Origin: Bugula neritina
Lineage: Eukaryota; Animalia; Bryozoa
Direction of reading: 5' to 3'
Length of the DNA: 64,000 nt
Assembly (NCBI GenBank): GCA_964035545.1
Contig: OZ037767.1
Coordinates: 32,256,628-32,320,627, forward strand
Shown: positions 52,080 through 64,000 of the stretch, piece by piece
Layout: each line of letters begins with the position of its first letter
Position numbering within the stretch: the first letter of the stretch is position 1
Made by a program: the position numbers and the translations under genes
Notes under the pieces: generated by a model
Seen by the model: only the letters and a program-made list of their open reading frames with translations
What the model was told of the DNA's origin: nothing
Database searches by the model: none

Positions 52080-52720
52080 TGTGATAGCATGTGTATAATA
52101 CTATAGTGATAGCATATGTATAATACTATAGTAATAGCATATGTATAATACTATAGTGATAGCATATGTATAATACTATAGTAATAGCATGTGTATAATA
52201 TTATAGTGATAGCATGTGTATAATACTATAGTGATAGCATGTGTATAATACTATAGTGATATCATGTGTATAATACTATAGTGATAGCATGTGTATAATA
52301 CTATAGTAATAGCATGTGTATAATACTATATAGTGATAGCATGTGTATAATACTATAGTGATAGCATGTGTATAATACTATAGTGATAGCATATGTATAA
52401 TACTATAGTAATAGCATATGTATAATACTATAGTGATAGCATATGTATAATACTATAGTGATAGCATGTGTATAATACTATAGTGATAGCATATGTATAA
52501 TACTATAGTGATAGCATATGTATAATACTATAGTAATAGCATGTGTATAATACTATAGTGATAGCATATGTATAATACTATAGTAATAGCATATGTATAA
52601 TACTATAGTGATAGCATGTGTATAATACTATAGTGATAGCATGTGTATAATACTATAGTAATAGCATGTGTATAATACTATAGTAATAGCATATGTATAA
52701 TACTATAGTAATAGCATATG
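52080..52720. repeat. 25-bp minisatellite TAGTGATAGCATGTGTATAATACTA
   Basis: Tandem units. Confidence 0.94.
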
Positions 52721-53376
52721 CTGAAGTAACAGTTTAAAACAACACATTTATTGCATCTCAAAACGCTGCAACTAAAACAAGATCAAAAACTACAAAATTA
52801 CCAAAACATATTGAGTTGAAAGGCATACAAATCTTATAATAAGCTGAAGTTATATTGTATATTAAATTATTAATAAATCATCAACAGAATAAAGAGCTAC
52901 CAATTATACACAAGGCAATAAATATAATCACATTTTGGTTTAATAATCTTAAAAATATTACAGCATAACATAATTAAACAGGGACTGCACATTGCAAGTT
53001 ATATGCAACATACTTATAATATTATTTTACTACATCAGTCAAGAAAATAATGATACTACTTGAATCAAAATGAAAATTATATTATTGTTGGAATAATTAT
53101 ACTATTTCACTATTTTACAAACATTGAAAGTAGCCATTTCACTTTTATCCAAGCCGCATAAAATATAGATTAATTTCCCTATTAATTAAATTAAAGCTGT
53201 TTTACATTTCTACCATTCCTACTGAGACAGTAAGATTTGAGAGACCTGATAACTATATGTTAATCCAAAATTTCAATGCAAACTCTATTAACTGTAGCAA
53301 AACTTGTACTAATCTTGAAATATTTTTATTTAGTGCCATTCTATGGTGTTTGTGTTTGTCAGCTGGGAAATATTTG

Positions 53377-55697
53377 TTATTCTAAATCAGCATCAAGTTG
53401 ACAGAATTTCCTGTAGCAGAGAGTATTATGTTCCTTTAACCTAACATAATTATCTATATAGAATACTTCACTTTCAACTTGAGGGAGGTTAGTGCAAGCA
53501 TTTGTATGTAACTCACAGTATCTTAGACTGTTACTGTAGCACATCACCTCACACAGATGGTTAACTGAACAATCGAATGCACATTCATGTAAGTCTGTGT
53601 GAAGTCGACCAACTAACATACTGGTAGCTTTGGAGTTGCACTGATCTATACTTTCTATAACTAGAATGAACTTGAGGTGCAGAGGCTTTGTACCTTTGAG
53701 TGCTTCAAGTGGAAAGGTGTTGGTATTGGGACATTGTGTCGTCTGATCTGATTGGACTGTGTTTTCATAGGGACACTCTGATTGGTCAGATGGGGTAGTA
53801 GCCACAGCATTGAGGGTCATGTCCTCTAAGACTACAACATGAGGCATACAGATGTATGGAGCAGAGAGATTATAGATTATGAAAGTTAGTCTAGAAAACT
53901 CCATATACATTATGATAGTACTTTGGATAATAATATGAATACAAACATGATATAAAGAGAAAAGTTGAAGTGCCTAGTGAAAACTACACCCTTCTGTGAC
54001 GCACCTTTCTGGTTGTCTGCTTCTGGAATAGAATAGTATTGAATATGACTTTGCATACGAATAGAGGTGAGAGCTGCAAACCCTTCAGAGGTTTGTACTA
54101 GTTGCTTTAGTTGACCCGGTGTTACAGGGACTGTGTAAACTAAGTGGAGGTTGCAGACTAGCTGAACTTGACAGAAGTACAGACTGGAGGAGAATCTCAG
54201 GGTCAGCATCAGAGCAAGTGGAGACACTGGAAGGAAATCTCTTACGTCATACAAACTTGTTGTAAAACTTATTCTCACTGGCTTCAGTATGAGGCCACAG
54301 GAAGCCAAACCTCTGCACTGAGAGTTGGCGTCTACCAGCTGGTAATACCACTCACCATTAGTCTGGTAAACAATGTGGAGCACACTGGATACTCTTAAAT
54401 AAACTTTCTCAAACTCAGACATAAAAGAGCACCGCCAGTTTTCACCTCTTAATAATGAAACAACCATTTTACAGATTAGGGCACTCTGTTGGTCCTTAAC
54501 AATTGCCACAACAGTGTTTATGTTTGCTCTATCTAACACAGCCATAGCATGCAGTTGCTTGTGTCGGAGATTGTCTAGAGGAAAGCTAGTTTTAGTGGTG
54601 GCTGTCACGGCGTGAGTAATGCTGAGGAGAGACAAGTCAGCGGCTGTCTTGGAGTAAAATACATTAAAACCTGCTCCTGGCAGCCCAGACACACAGGAAA
54701 GATGGGAAATTCTGAACTCTGGATTAATTTGTTCTATTTCTACAAGAACATAAAGAGAAGTTACTATTTCTACAAGAACACAAGGAGAAGTTACTATTTC
54801 TACAAGAACACAAGGAGAAGTTACTATTTCTACAAGAACATAAGGAGAGGTTACTATTTCTACAAGAACACAAGGAGAGGTACTATTTCTACAAGAACAT
54901 AAGGAGAAGTTATTATTTCTACAAGAACATAAGGAGAGGATACTATTTCTACAAGAACATAAAGAGAAGTTACTATTTCTACAAGAACACAAGGAGAAGT
55001 TACTATTTCTACAAGAACATAAGGAGAAGTTACTATTTCTACAAGAACATAAGGAGAAGTTACTATTTCTACAAGAACATAAAGAGAAGTTACTATTTAT
55101 CAGATGTAGTATTTTAATACAAGTCATTAAATGCACATCCTGTATTTGCTTCTCACCAATTGAGTCTTCTGCTGAGATGTTCCTAGCTTGTAATGATGTG
55201 TTGGTGACGTAAAAGATTAGCTCAGAATCCGAAGAAGAGAAACACATCTCCTGTACAAGGACCCCATCCAGCAGCACGCTGTCCCCAGACTCAATGTCAA
55301 AATAACTATCTTCTGCAATGCTTACTAAAATTATAAGTAAACTAGATGTGCAATATTCTCTCAAACAACAAACAGCAGATTTTATATTCATTTAGTATTC
55401 CTAATCTAGAACAAATGTTAACAATACTCTGCAACTAATGCTATGGCCTGTGGTACACAACAACCTCAGACCATGCTCTATCAACCAAGGTTTACTTCTG
55501 TTACTTCATGTAACACAATGTAATTAGACAAGTAATGCAGTAAGTTTATGCAGTTAAGAGCTAACTATAAACAACCATAAAAAATGATGAAAACAAAAAT
55601 TTTACTTGAGAGTTGTATTTGCTTACTTACCAGATAATAGGGTGGCAGTAAATGTTATGATCAAGAACCAGTGTGTAAAGACTATTATGTTATACAT
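53377..55697 (-). CDS. Secreted protein (~468 aa): signal peptide, unrecognised beta-rich region, Thr-rich linker, C-terminal PAN/apple-like domain. Exons 55697-55631, 55312-55157, 54733-54005, 53831-53377
   Basis: Leader MYNIIVFTHWFLIITFTATLLS; three phase-1 GT-AG introns, 1407 nt in frame; ECAFDCSVNHLCEVMCYSNSLRYCELH fits the PAN Cys spacing. Confidence 0.72.
54734..55100. repeat. 30-bp minisatellite TACTATTTCTACAAGAACATAAGGAGAAGT (intronic)
   Basis: Tandem units; last copy provides the acceptor. Confidence 0.92.
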
Positions 55698-57444
55698 AGC
55701 TAAACTCTTGTTTTAACTTGTAACTTTTTATTTTACTATAATTTCACTGTGCGGTGATAATTAAAATCCAGCTGTGCACAAGAAACAGTACTATCAGGAA
55801 TAAATCAGGTTGTACCAGAATAGATGAGAATCCTTCAAAGCAATCATATTAATGATGTAATTTACAAAAACCACTCAAGAAGATTAATAATTTTGTATTT
55901 CTCAACCAAACTTTGTGGTTCATTAACCTCCGACATATACTTATCCAAGATTAAATTGCATTCTTAAAAGATCGCTTGACTTGGATTAGAATTTCATAAA
56001 CAAATCCATCTGCTTGCCAATATTCTTTCTGATAATGGAATGGTATAAAATATTACTAGCAATTGGCAGATAACGATAATAACATATTAGCAATGGTAAT
56101 GTAATAACAGCAAGGGTAACGATTATGGAATTATATAGTAATAGAATACTAGTGGCGGCTACGGTAATAAAACGATAGCAATAAATAAGACTAAAACAGA
56201 AAGCAATATCAAATAAAATTCTTCAAATTTACTCACAAATTTTATAAAAAACACTCTAATCAATTAGTAAATAATTTCATTTGATACAAAAGTGATATGC
56301 ATTTTCTAAAATTAAGACTAGTTGTTTTATAAAACTATTGATAACAAAGAAAAATAATAGTGGCTAAAGAAATTACTAGTAAATTTTGAATATAGTATAA
56401 TAATCATAGTAAATGTTGAGTGTAGTATAACTATGTATGCAATAGAATATAACTATTATAGTTATACTCATTGTGTTTTGTGTAAGCTATAGAATTTAGG
56501 TATATAGTATTATATGCAGTTGAATGCTAGTGACTATGGGCTAGGCATAGAATATAAAATATACCTAAAATTAAAATTATTAGTATTACCATTATCATTA
56601 GTATAAGCATTACTATTTAACATAAATATTGTTATTAATATTAGCATTATTTTGTTATATGTATAGTGCATGTTATCGAATATAAGCATAGTAGGTATTA
56701 TATTTATAAAATGGTAATAGCTAATGCTTACAGCCGCAACACTATAATCAGAACTTGAATGGCTAATACTAATACTAATACTAATACTAATACTAATAGT
56801 AATAACTAATAAGGCTGCTAAAATTTAAAAAAATAAAACATAGGTATAACTATAGAATCTTAAAGATTCAAAGAGCAGTAACACTATAAGTAACAGTAAC
56901 AGTTACATAACATTTTCATTTTAATTTACATTGCAATTGTCATTGACTATCATTATTGATTGTGATTATCAAATTCAATATGTTTATCATCATCAAATTC
57001 AATATGATTATGATTATACTTATAGTGAAAGCTTGTTAAAAAAAGTAATTATGGCTTTACAATGCAAGTAAAATAAGTTATTTACCAGGATAATGATGAT
57101 AAAATCAATACTTACAAATTGGTAATTTTTAAACCTCTTTTACTGTTTTTGGTAACTCAAGCTTTGAACAAAGTCAGCCCATGTGTAATTATGCAAGTTC
57201 GTGAGCACATAGGTTGTCTGCTGAAACTTTCTTTGGTGATTTCCGGTTAGCTGGTTTATTTTAGTGTTGTAACAGCGGTACGAGACACCATGTTAGCTCT
57301 CTTAATACAGAGATGACGGAGTAGTTGGTCATGTAGATGACTGTAGCTTGCGTTTTATGTTTGATGTTTGGAGGGTAATGTAAACTCCTCGAAACAGGAT
57401 GTAATTCTTCGCCAGGTTTCCGAAAGCCGTTTTCTATAAATAGT

Positions 57445-57596
57445 TCTATAAGCAGCTCCAAGTTGGTGGTGAAGGACGATTTTAGTTCGGGAGGTGGGGG
57501 GGTGAGGGCGGGGTTTAGGGTTATGTCCCCAACTCTTAACTCGAGACCCCCTAACTACTGCACTCGTTCACCACCAACTCGGAGCTGTTTATAAAA
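57445..57596. mobile_element. ~150-bp inverted-repeat element with GC-rich interior
   Basis: ~30-bp imperfect IR TATAAGCAGCTCCAAGTTGGTGGTGAA / TTCACCACCAACTCGGAGCTGTTTATA. Confidence 0.5.
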
Positions 57597-59724
57597 CCAT
57601 TCGTTTCTCATTCCTATCAAACACATTGACATTCTCAATTAAAAATCATAAAACTAACTTGAAAATAAATATAATGATGATATTATCAATAAGTTATATA
57701 TAATTACTAATATTTTATAGTTTACTACAAGTATAGTTATTGTTTAAAGTTTAATTTGTATATATCATAAGACTAGGTTTAGCTATTGTGAATTTGAATA
57801 TATTTTATTTGTTTTCAATCATTATGATTATCATTATCATTATGATTATCATGATCATGATGATGATATTGATTATGATAATCATAATGATTATCATTAT
57901 CACATATCACTTAATTTCATCAGTGTATCACATATCATATGCCATATGATTGTGACATGTGATAATGATATCCATATCATCATCATATCATTTATCAATT
58001 ACCATATGATTATCATTATGATATGATAATTAATATTAATTCACTATTACTAATAGTGAATTAATATTAATTATTGATAGATATGACATATGACTATCAT
58101 TATGTTTATGATAAATTGAAGTGATATATCATTATGTCATATAATATTAATATAATTATATGGTTATATTCATAGTTATACCCTTACACTGTTACAGACT
58201 ACGTCTATAGAACTTGTTTTGTTTTTTTAAAAATCAATCACAATGTTAGGCATTTTAATAGTTTTTATTTTGAAACTGATTTTGTTTTGATTCTTGTGTT
58301 TGACTTTGTTTGACTTTTGCTTTCAGTTCATGTTTTTTAATAAATTAATTGAAAATTTAGTGATACTGACATTGACTCATTATTTTTAAATTCTAGTCAT
58401 TATAATTACTAAGAATAAAATGATAATATATATAATTATATTGCGATTGTCTGTATAATCAATTGTCGTTTTTATTTTGATTGTATGCCTATACTCATAT
58501 CCATATGCCCTATCAATCATACGCACTATCACTATGGCATGTTTATGTCATTGTTGTGGTTATCACAATCAGTAGTTAAAATGAATCACGACAATCAGAT
58601 TTGATATTAACTTCAAAACCACTATATTTGTATTACTATTAGTATGATAATAATTATCAAACTTTTTTTATCAACTCATCTTACGTTGATGGTGTACTTG
58701 TTAACTCATGCAATTGTTAATGTTGCTGAAATTATCACTGAGCATAATGCCCCATTTAGACTACAGTTGAAACTCAACTGTTTTCGAGACTGAGTGTTGA
58801 ACTCTCTAATGTCACAACTGTCAGATTTCTGAACGCAGCGGTTTATTTTTCGCTCAAATTTTGCATTCAGCAATCATCCCAATCACTGACTGGCAGGTAA
58901 TTCCTGATTAGTTGAATGCTTCTACTTATTCCACGTGCTACTAGAGAGCATTATTATTTGATTTAGTTCTTCAAAAACTATATTATTTTACTAAATAATA
59001 TGATGAAATCATGTATGGAAATCTTGAAAATAAATTTTTAGTAGATAAATTTGGCTGAATTCTATTTGCATATATGGTTCACTATGCTAGTGAAGCCGAT
59101 TGAATAAAGCTAGTAAATCTCATTAAATGACACTAATAATTTGGAATAATTGAAGCTAGTAAATTAGAATAAAAAAACCAGTAAATCTTATTGAATTATA
59201 CAAGTAAATCTCATTAAGTTGGGCTAAATTTGATTATTGGTTGCTGTGGGTACAGCAGAAACTGAGTTACGGCATTCCTATTGGTTAAAAGTTTGCTGAG
59301 ATAGTACGCATTCAAAGTTCGTAGTGAGAGCAGCAAAAATAAGGACGTGACATTGGAGCTATGCTCGAGCAGCTCGAAAAACCCTTTCACAGTTCAGGTT
59401 CGACTGCCCCATTAGACTGGGTATCATAACCAGTATGAATATGAGTTGAATATCCCATTCTGTTGTTTACTGCCAGTACAAGTTTAGTAATAACTGGTTT
59501 ACATCATTGTTATAGTCGTAGTGTGATGATATAAATATAACTCATATGCTTACTATCAGCATCAGTATAGGCCACTTTAGTAGTAACAATACAGCTATCA
59601 TTACACCTTTGCCTATAGCGGTATGCATCTATGAAATCACCAACTGGCAACATTCAATAAAACTCACTGTCAGCATCATCATTTTAATTTCTGTTCAATA
59701 GAAATCAGTCTCACACTTGGTACT

Positions 59725-60030
59725 ACTCTCAGTCTATGCTCTCAGTATCACTCTCAGTCTATACTCTCACTCTCAGCCTATGCTCTCAGTCTATACTCTC
59801 AGTCTCACTCTCAGTCTATACTCTCAGTCTCTCTCTCAGCCTATGCTCTCAGTATCACTCACTCTCAGTCTATGCTCTCAGTATCACTTTCAGTCTACAC
59901 TCTCAGTATCACTCTCAGTTTATACTCTCAGTCTCACTCTCAGTCTATGCTCTCAGTATCACTCTCAGTCTATACCCTCAGTATCACTCACTCTCAGTCT
60001 TATGTACTCTCAGCCTATGCTCTCAGTCTC
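59725..60030. repeat. Degenerate CTCTCAGTCTATA / CTCAGTATCA minisatellite
   Basis: Tandem units. Confidence 0.88.
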
Positions 60031-61429
60031 ACTCCCAGTCTTACATTCAGTAAATTGATTTTCCTAGTAATTTGTATGTGATCCAAATTATGTCATCAGT
60101 CTTTCAAAATACAGGTGACTAAAGTTGCCTATTTTATGCTATTTCAAAAATTGTATCAATTATTAATAACTTAAAGAGTTGATTCTAATTTGGTTTTAAT
60201 AAATGAACACGGTGATCAGAGATCTTATAGAAGACACTGTACCCAGAAATCTTAAGACAGATAACAGATGTATGTTTTATTATAGCTTTGATATTTCTCT
60301 CCTGACTGACAGTTTGATGCATCAAGCTCACCGCTCAGACACGCTGTCATAAGAGGCAGTGAACAGAACTTGGTGGAGTCAGGCAGAGGTCAGGAGTAAA
60401 GAATTCTGGGAAGGTATCATAATATTAACATCGTTGTGTCCTGCTACATTTAATTATAGTAAATACGTTTGATCATATATTTAGAACATAGTTTCTCTCC
60501 ACAACACAGTGGATATACTGCAAACCCATAAAATACTTTAGCCTAATAATCTAAATTCTAATAGAATATTATGATAGAAACTGAAAGATTACAACTCCAT
60601 ATCACCATATTGCTTAGCAGGGAGAGATACAATATACTCAAACATTAGTGGCCTCACTTTTGGTATGTTATAAAATCAGGGATATTATGTAACATGCTAT
60701 GGCACTATCTAAAAGACAACTGTTTGCTGTTTCCAGGTGACAGCACTGCAACCAATTTGGAAGGATTTTGTTATTGATAACATTTCATTTTCACAAACCT
60801 TACAGGGTGTGTTACACATTTTATAGCACTTGGTGTGAACACATGTAATTCTTGGCAACTTGATTGCTGTCAATATCATTTTACCATGTTTGACGTATGA
60901 ATAGCTAGATACTGTTCTAAGTTGTCTGGTACAGTCCCTTCAACAGTTTAGAAAATATTGTCACATAGTGAAATGACTGGTTAAATCCAGCTGTTCTAGC
61001 TTACAATAGATAGACCAAGACTATATAATCTATAGCAGTTGTTTTTCTGTATACTAAGCTCAGTTTAAAAATAGCTAAAATAGTTGAGCTTTTGCCAAAA
61101 GCTTTATTTTTTGGAAAGCTAAGAAATAGCTAATAGCTTGGCTATTTCTTTGATATATGACTAATCATTACAGCTACACCAGCTTTACTTGACAGCATTT
61201 GAGTTGCGTGTCGTGTAGTAGGTTAACATCGCATGTACAAGTGAGATAGATATATGCTTTAACAATCTGTCAGAAAATGCTTTCAAACAATCTTTTTAAT
61301 GTATCTAAAAACAATGTAAGTTGTCTTCTTTTATTTTGATGTTGATTGTTTCTTAGCTCATTACTACAGCAACATAGGCACTTGTACACACAATATACTA
61401 TATTATAATTGTGCGTTTGTATGCTAAAG

Positions 61430-64000
61430 GGGGAAAGTTATGAGAAACTATTATCAACTTTTGGAACCCTCTGCGGTGACATCGAAGTGTGTGAAGTCAG
61501 TGGAAGTGCCAAGTCCCTGGTCAATCAAGGGTAAGGATCTTCAAAATAGTTTTTTGTCTTTGCTTTGATTGTTCTGCAGCTGGTTAATAGAAATAGCTTA
61601 AGATAATTTGGTATTGATTTATATTTGTAGAGGTCATTGTATTGGTGGTGATGTTTCCACAAGGCTACTTTCGTTTACTGATTATTTATCTGAGAGAAAG
61701 GATTATGGAGTCATAGGTATGCAGTGTATTATTTGACAGCATAGTGAGAATATATAATATATAATATAGTAATATCTACTCAGTATGAATATGCATTACT
61801 ATATCATATTGAGCTGTTTTGTAGGCGAAAGACGGCTGCAACCTTTACAGTCAAACCAACCGAAGGTGGATAAATTTCCAGAATCACCTACTGAATATGG
61901 GAAAGGGGAGAAACAAAGGATTCTGGATGAGATGGCGCAGGCGCATATGACTGCGGCCAGTGAGTATAATATACATGTTCACTACAGCAACTTTCTAGCA
62001 GCAGCATCTGTCTAGCGGCAGCATCTGTCTAGCGGCAGCAACTGTGTAGCGGCAGCAACTGTGTAGTGGCAGCCTCTGTTTAGCGGCAGCCTCTGTCTAG
62101 CGGCAGCATCTGTCTAGCGGCAGCATCTGTCTAGCAATAAGTTGCACTGAATGCTGACTGACCTGTTGCAGCGGCAGCGAATCCGAGGAGATATAAACTG
62201 GTGAACTGGAGCTCCGGCAAGTCGGCAGCGACTGAACCCTCCTGGGCGACTGACCTTTGGATGACAGCTGCTTTGTCACTGAAAGTGTTTCTGGGTGGCG
62301 TACCCAAGTACTTGAGTGAAGGTACCGTCCGTCTGTCTGTCTGAGTGTCTGTCTGTCTGTCCTCACCAGCCTTTCTCAGCCAGTTCCTTGTTTGTGTTAC
62401 AAAAGTGTCATGTTTTACAGTTGCTATGAGGAGCTACTTGGAGGCCTTCGGTGAAGTGGAAGTGAAGTTGGTAGCTGCAGGGACACCTCGAGGTACAAAT
62501 AACTCTCCAACATGTCTCCTTTTCTTCATATCTGTTTCTCTTTATATCTGTTTCTCTTCATATCTGTTTCTCCTCATATCTGTTTCTCTTCATATCTGTT
62601 TCTCTTCATATCTGTTTCTCTTCATATCTGTTTCTCTTCATATCTGTTTCTCCTCATATCTGTTTCTCCTCATATCTGTTTCTCTGTTAAGTTGTGTGTC
62701 TCATAACTCATGAATAGCTCCACGTGTTTCAGGCTACGGTTACGCTACATTCAGGAAAGAATCCTCTCTTAGAGCTTTCTTGTCATCCTGCCAGTGCACT
62801 GAACGGCGACTCACCTACACACTTCCCAGCGCTGTAGACACTCGACTGGAGACAAGGGTGAATAAGCAGGTGGGGAGAGGAGTAGATAGGCAGGTGGGGA
62901 GAGGAGTAGATAGGCAGGTGGAGAGAGGGGTGGATAGGCAGGTGGAGAAGGGGGTAGAGAGAGGGGTGAGTGTTTTATTGCGTCTGTTAGGAGTTAGTGT
63001 GTCTGCACTGATGTGTGTATATCTGAGGATTCTTGTGTAGCTTGCCAGAGATCTCTGTTGAGGAGTCGTGTTCTTATTGTGAAAGGCCTTTTAAAATAGA
63101 ATGTGCTCTTAAAATTCTACCAACTAGTTTAAGGCCAAAAGCTATTGTAACCTTTCAATAATTAAATTATAACTAATGCCAAAAGTTGCCAGCAAATTCA
63201 AAACTCAAACGAGCTGTAATATTACGTAACTTTAAAGATGGTCGCTTAAAGGTTAAGGAGTCGTGCTACCCTGCAGTACTGTTAAGGAGTCGTGTTACCT
63301 TACAGTACTGTTAAGGAGTTGTGCTACCCTCAGTACTGTTAAGGAGTTGTGCTACCCTCAGTACTGTTAAGGAGTTGTGTTACCCTGCAGTACTGTTAAG
63401 GAGTTGTGCTACCCTCAGTACTGTTAAGGAGTTGTGTTACCCTGCAGTACTGTTAAGGAGTTGTGCTACCCTCAGTACTGTTAAGGAGTTGTGTTACCTT
63501 ACAGTACTGTTAAGGAGTTGTGTTACCCTGCAGTACTGTTGAGGAGTTGAGTTACCCTGCAGTACTGTTGAGGAGTTGAGTTACCTTACAGTACTGTTAA
63601 GGAGTTGTGTTACCCTGCAGTACTGTTAAGGAGTTGTGTTACCCTGCAGTACTGTTAAGGAGTTGTGTTACCCTGCAGTACTGTTGAGGAGTTGAGTTAC
63701 CCTGCAGTACTGTTAAGGAGTTGTGCTACCCTGCAGTACTGTTAAGGAGTTGTGTTACCCTGCAGTACTGTTGAGAAGTTAAGTTACCCTGCAGTACTGT
63801 TGAGGAGTTGTGTTACCCTGCAGTACTGTTAAGGGGTCGTGCTACCCTGCAGTACTGTTACGGAGTTGTGTTACCCTGCAGTACTGTTAAGGAGTTGTGT
63901 TACCCTGCAGGTGTGGATTCAAGTCATACCCTGGATGATTGCCAACCAGCAGTACTTGACTTGTGAGAAGATGTTGAGAGAAACAGAACTGAAGTACACG
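61430..64000 (+). CDS. CPEB1: Divergent CPEB1/Orb-like RRM protein, partial. Exons 61430-61530, 61631-61716, 61825-61959, 62172-62321, 62421-62492, 62733-62857, 63911->64000; further 5' exons likely at 60.2-60.8 kb
   Basis: Spliced frame SLKVFLGGVPKYLSEVAMRSYLEAFGEVEV...PRGYGYATFRKESSLRAFLSSC...VWIQVIPWMIANQQY...KYT matches the CPEB1-class RRM1 signatures KVFLGGVP and QVIPW. Orthology not established. Confidence 0.78.
63250..63910. repeat. 29-bp minisatellite GTACTGTTAAGGAGTTGTGTTACCCTGCA ending in the 3' splice site
   Basis: Last unit reads TACCCTGCAG|GTGTGG. Smaller arrays at 62000-62135, 62520-62685 and 62865-62965. Confidence 0.95.

Noticed and set aside
53910-55391. 493-aa single-exon ORF with CSCRNSNFSL repeats
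   Set aside because: The repeats lie in a phase-consistent GT-AG intron, and a signal-peptide exon lies upstream.
58748-59424. Possible Harbinger-like element bounded by GCCCCAT(T)TAGACT motifs
   Set aside because: The motifs are in direct rather than inverted orientation and no TSD was found.

Overview
AT-rich invertebrate-type eukaryotic genomic DNA in which most longer introns contain their own minisatellite, so most ORF-track entries are repeat artefacts. Splicing by hand gave seven genes; the five complete models have summed exon lengths divisible by 3 and matching phases. (1-2) A tail-to-tail pair of Ig-domain type I membrane receptors with almost identical central exons and introns, a diverged distal domain and unrelated tails (short versus 13 Tyr, with 5 YxxP and an NPxY). 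(3) A RING-B-box-coiled-coil protein ending in an SH2 domain (TRIM-SH2), head-to-head with the long-tailed receptor. (4-5) Two paralogous RING-coiled-coil proteins with four HERC2/KEG-type SH3-like repeats, each apparently ending in a 16-nt exon encoding a CaaX box (CESQ, CQTQ). (6) A secreted protein with a PAN/apple-like C-terminus. (7) A divergent CPEB1/Orb-like gene running off the right edge. Mobile DNA includes a 2.7-kb fold-back hAT element, a hAT MITE, other small TIR elements, a 5'-inverted Penelope-like GIY-YIG fragment, and a 241-bp palindrome carrying two hammerhead ribozymes. Main hypothesis (inference): a clustered paired-receptor / phosphotyrosine-reader / membrane E3-ligase immune or allorecognition module.
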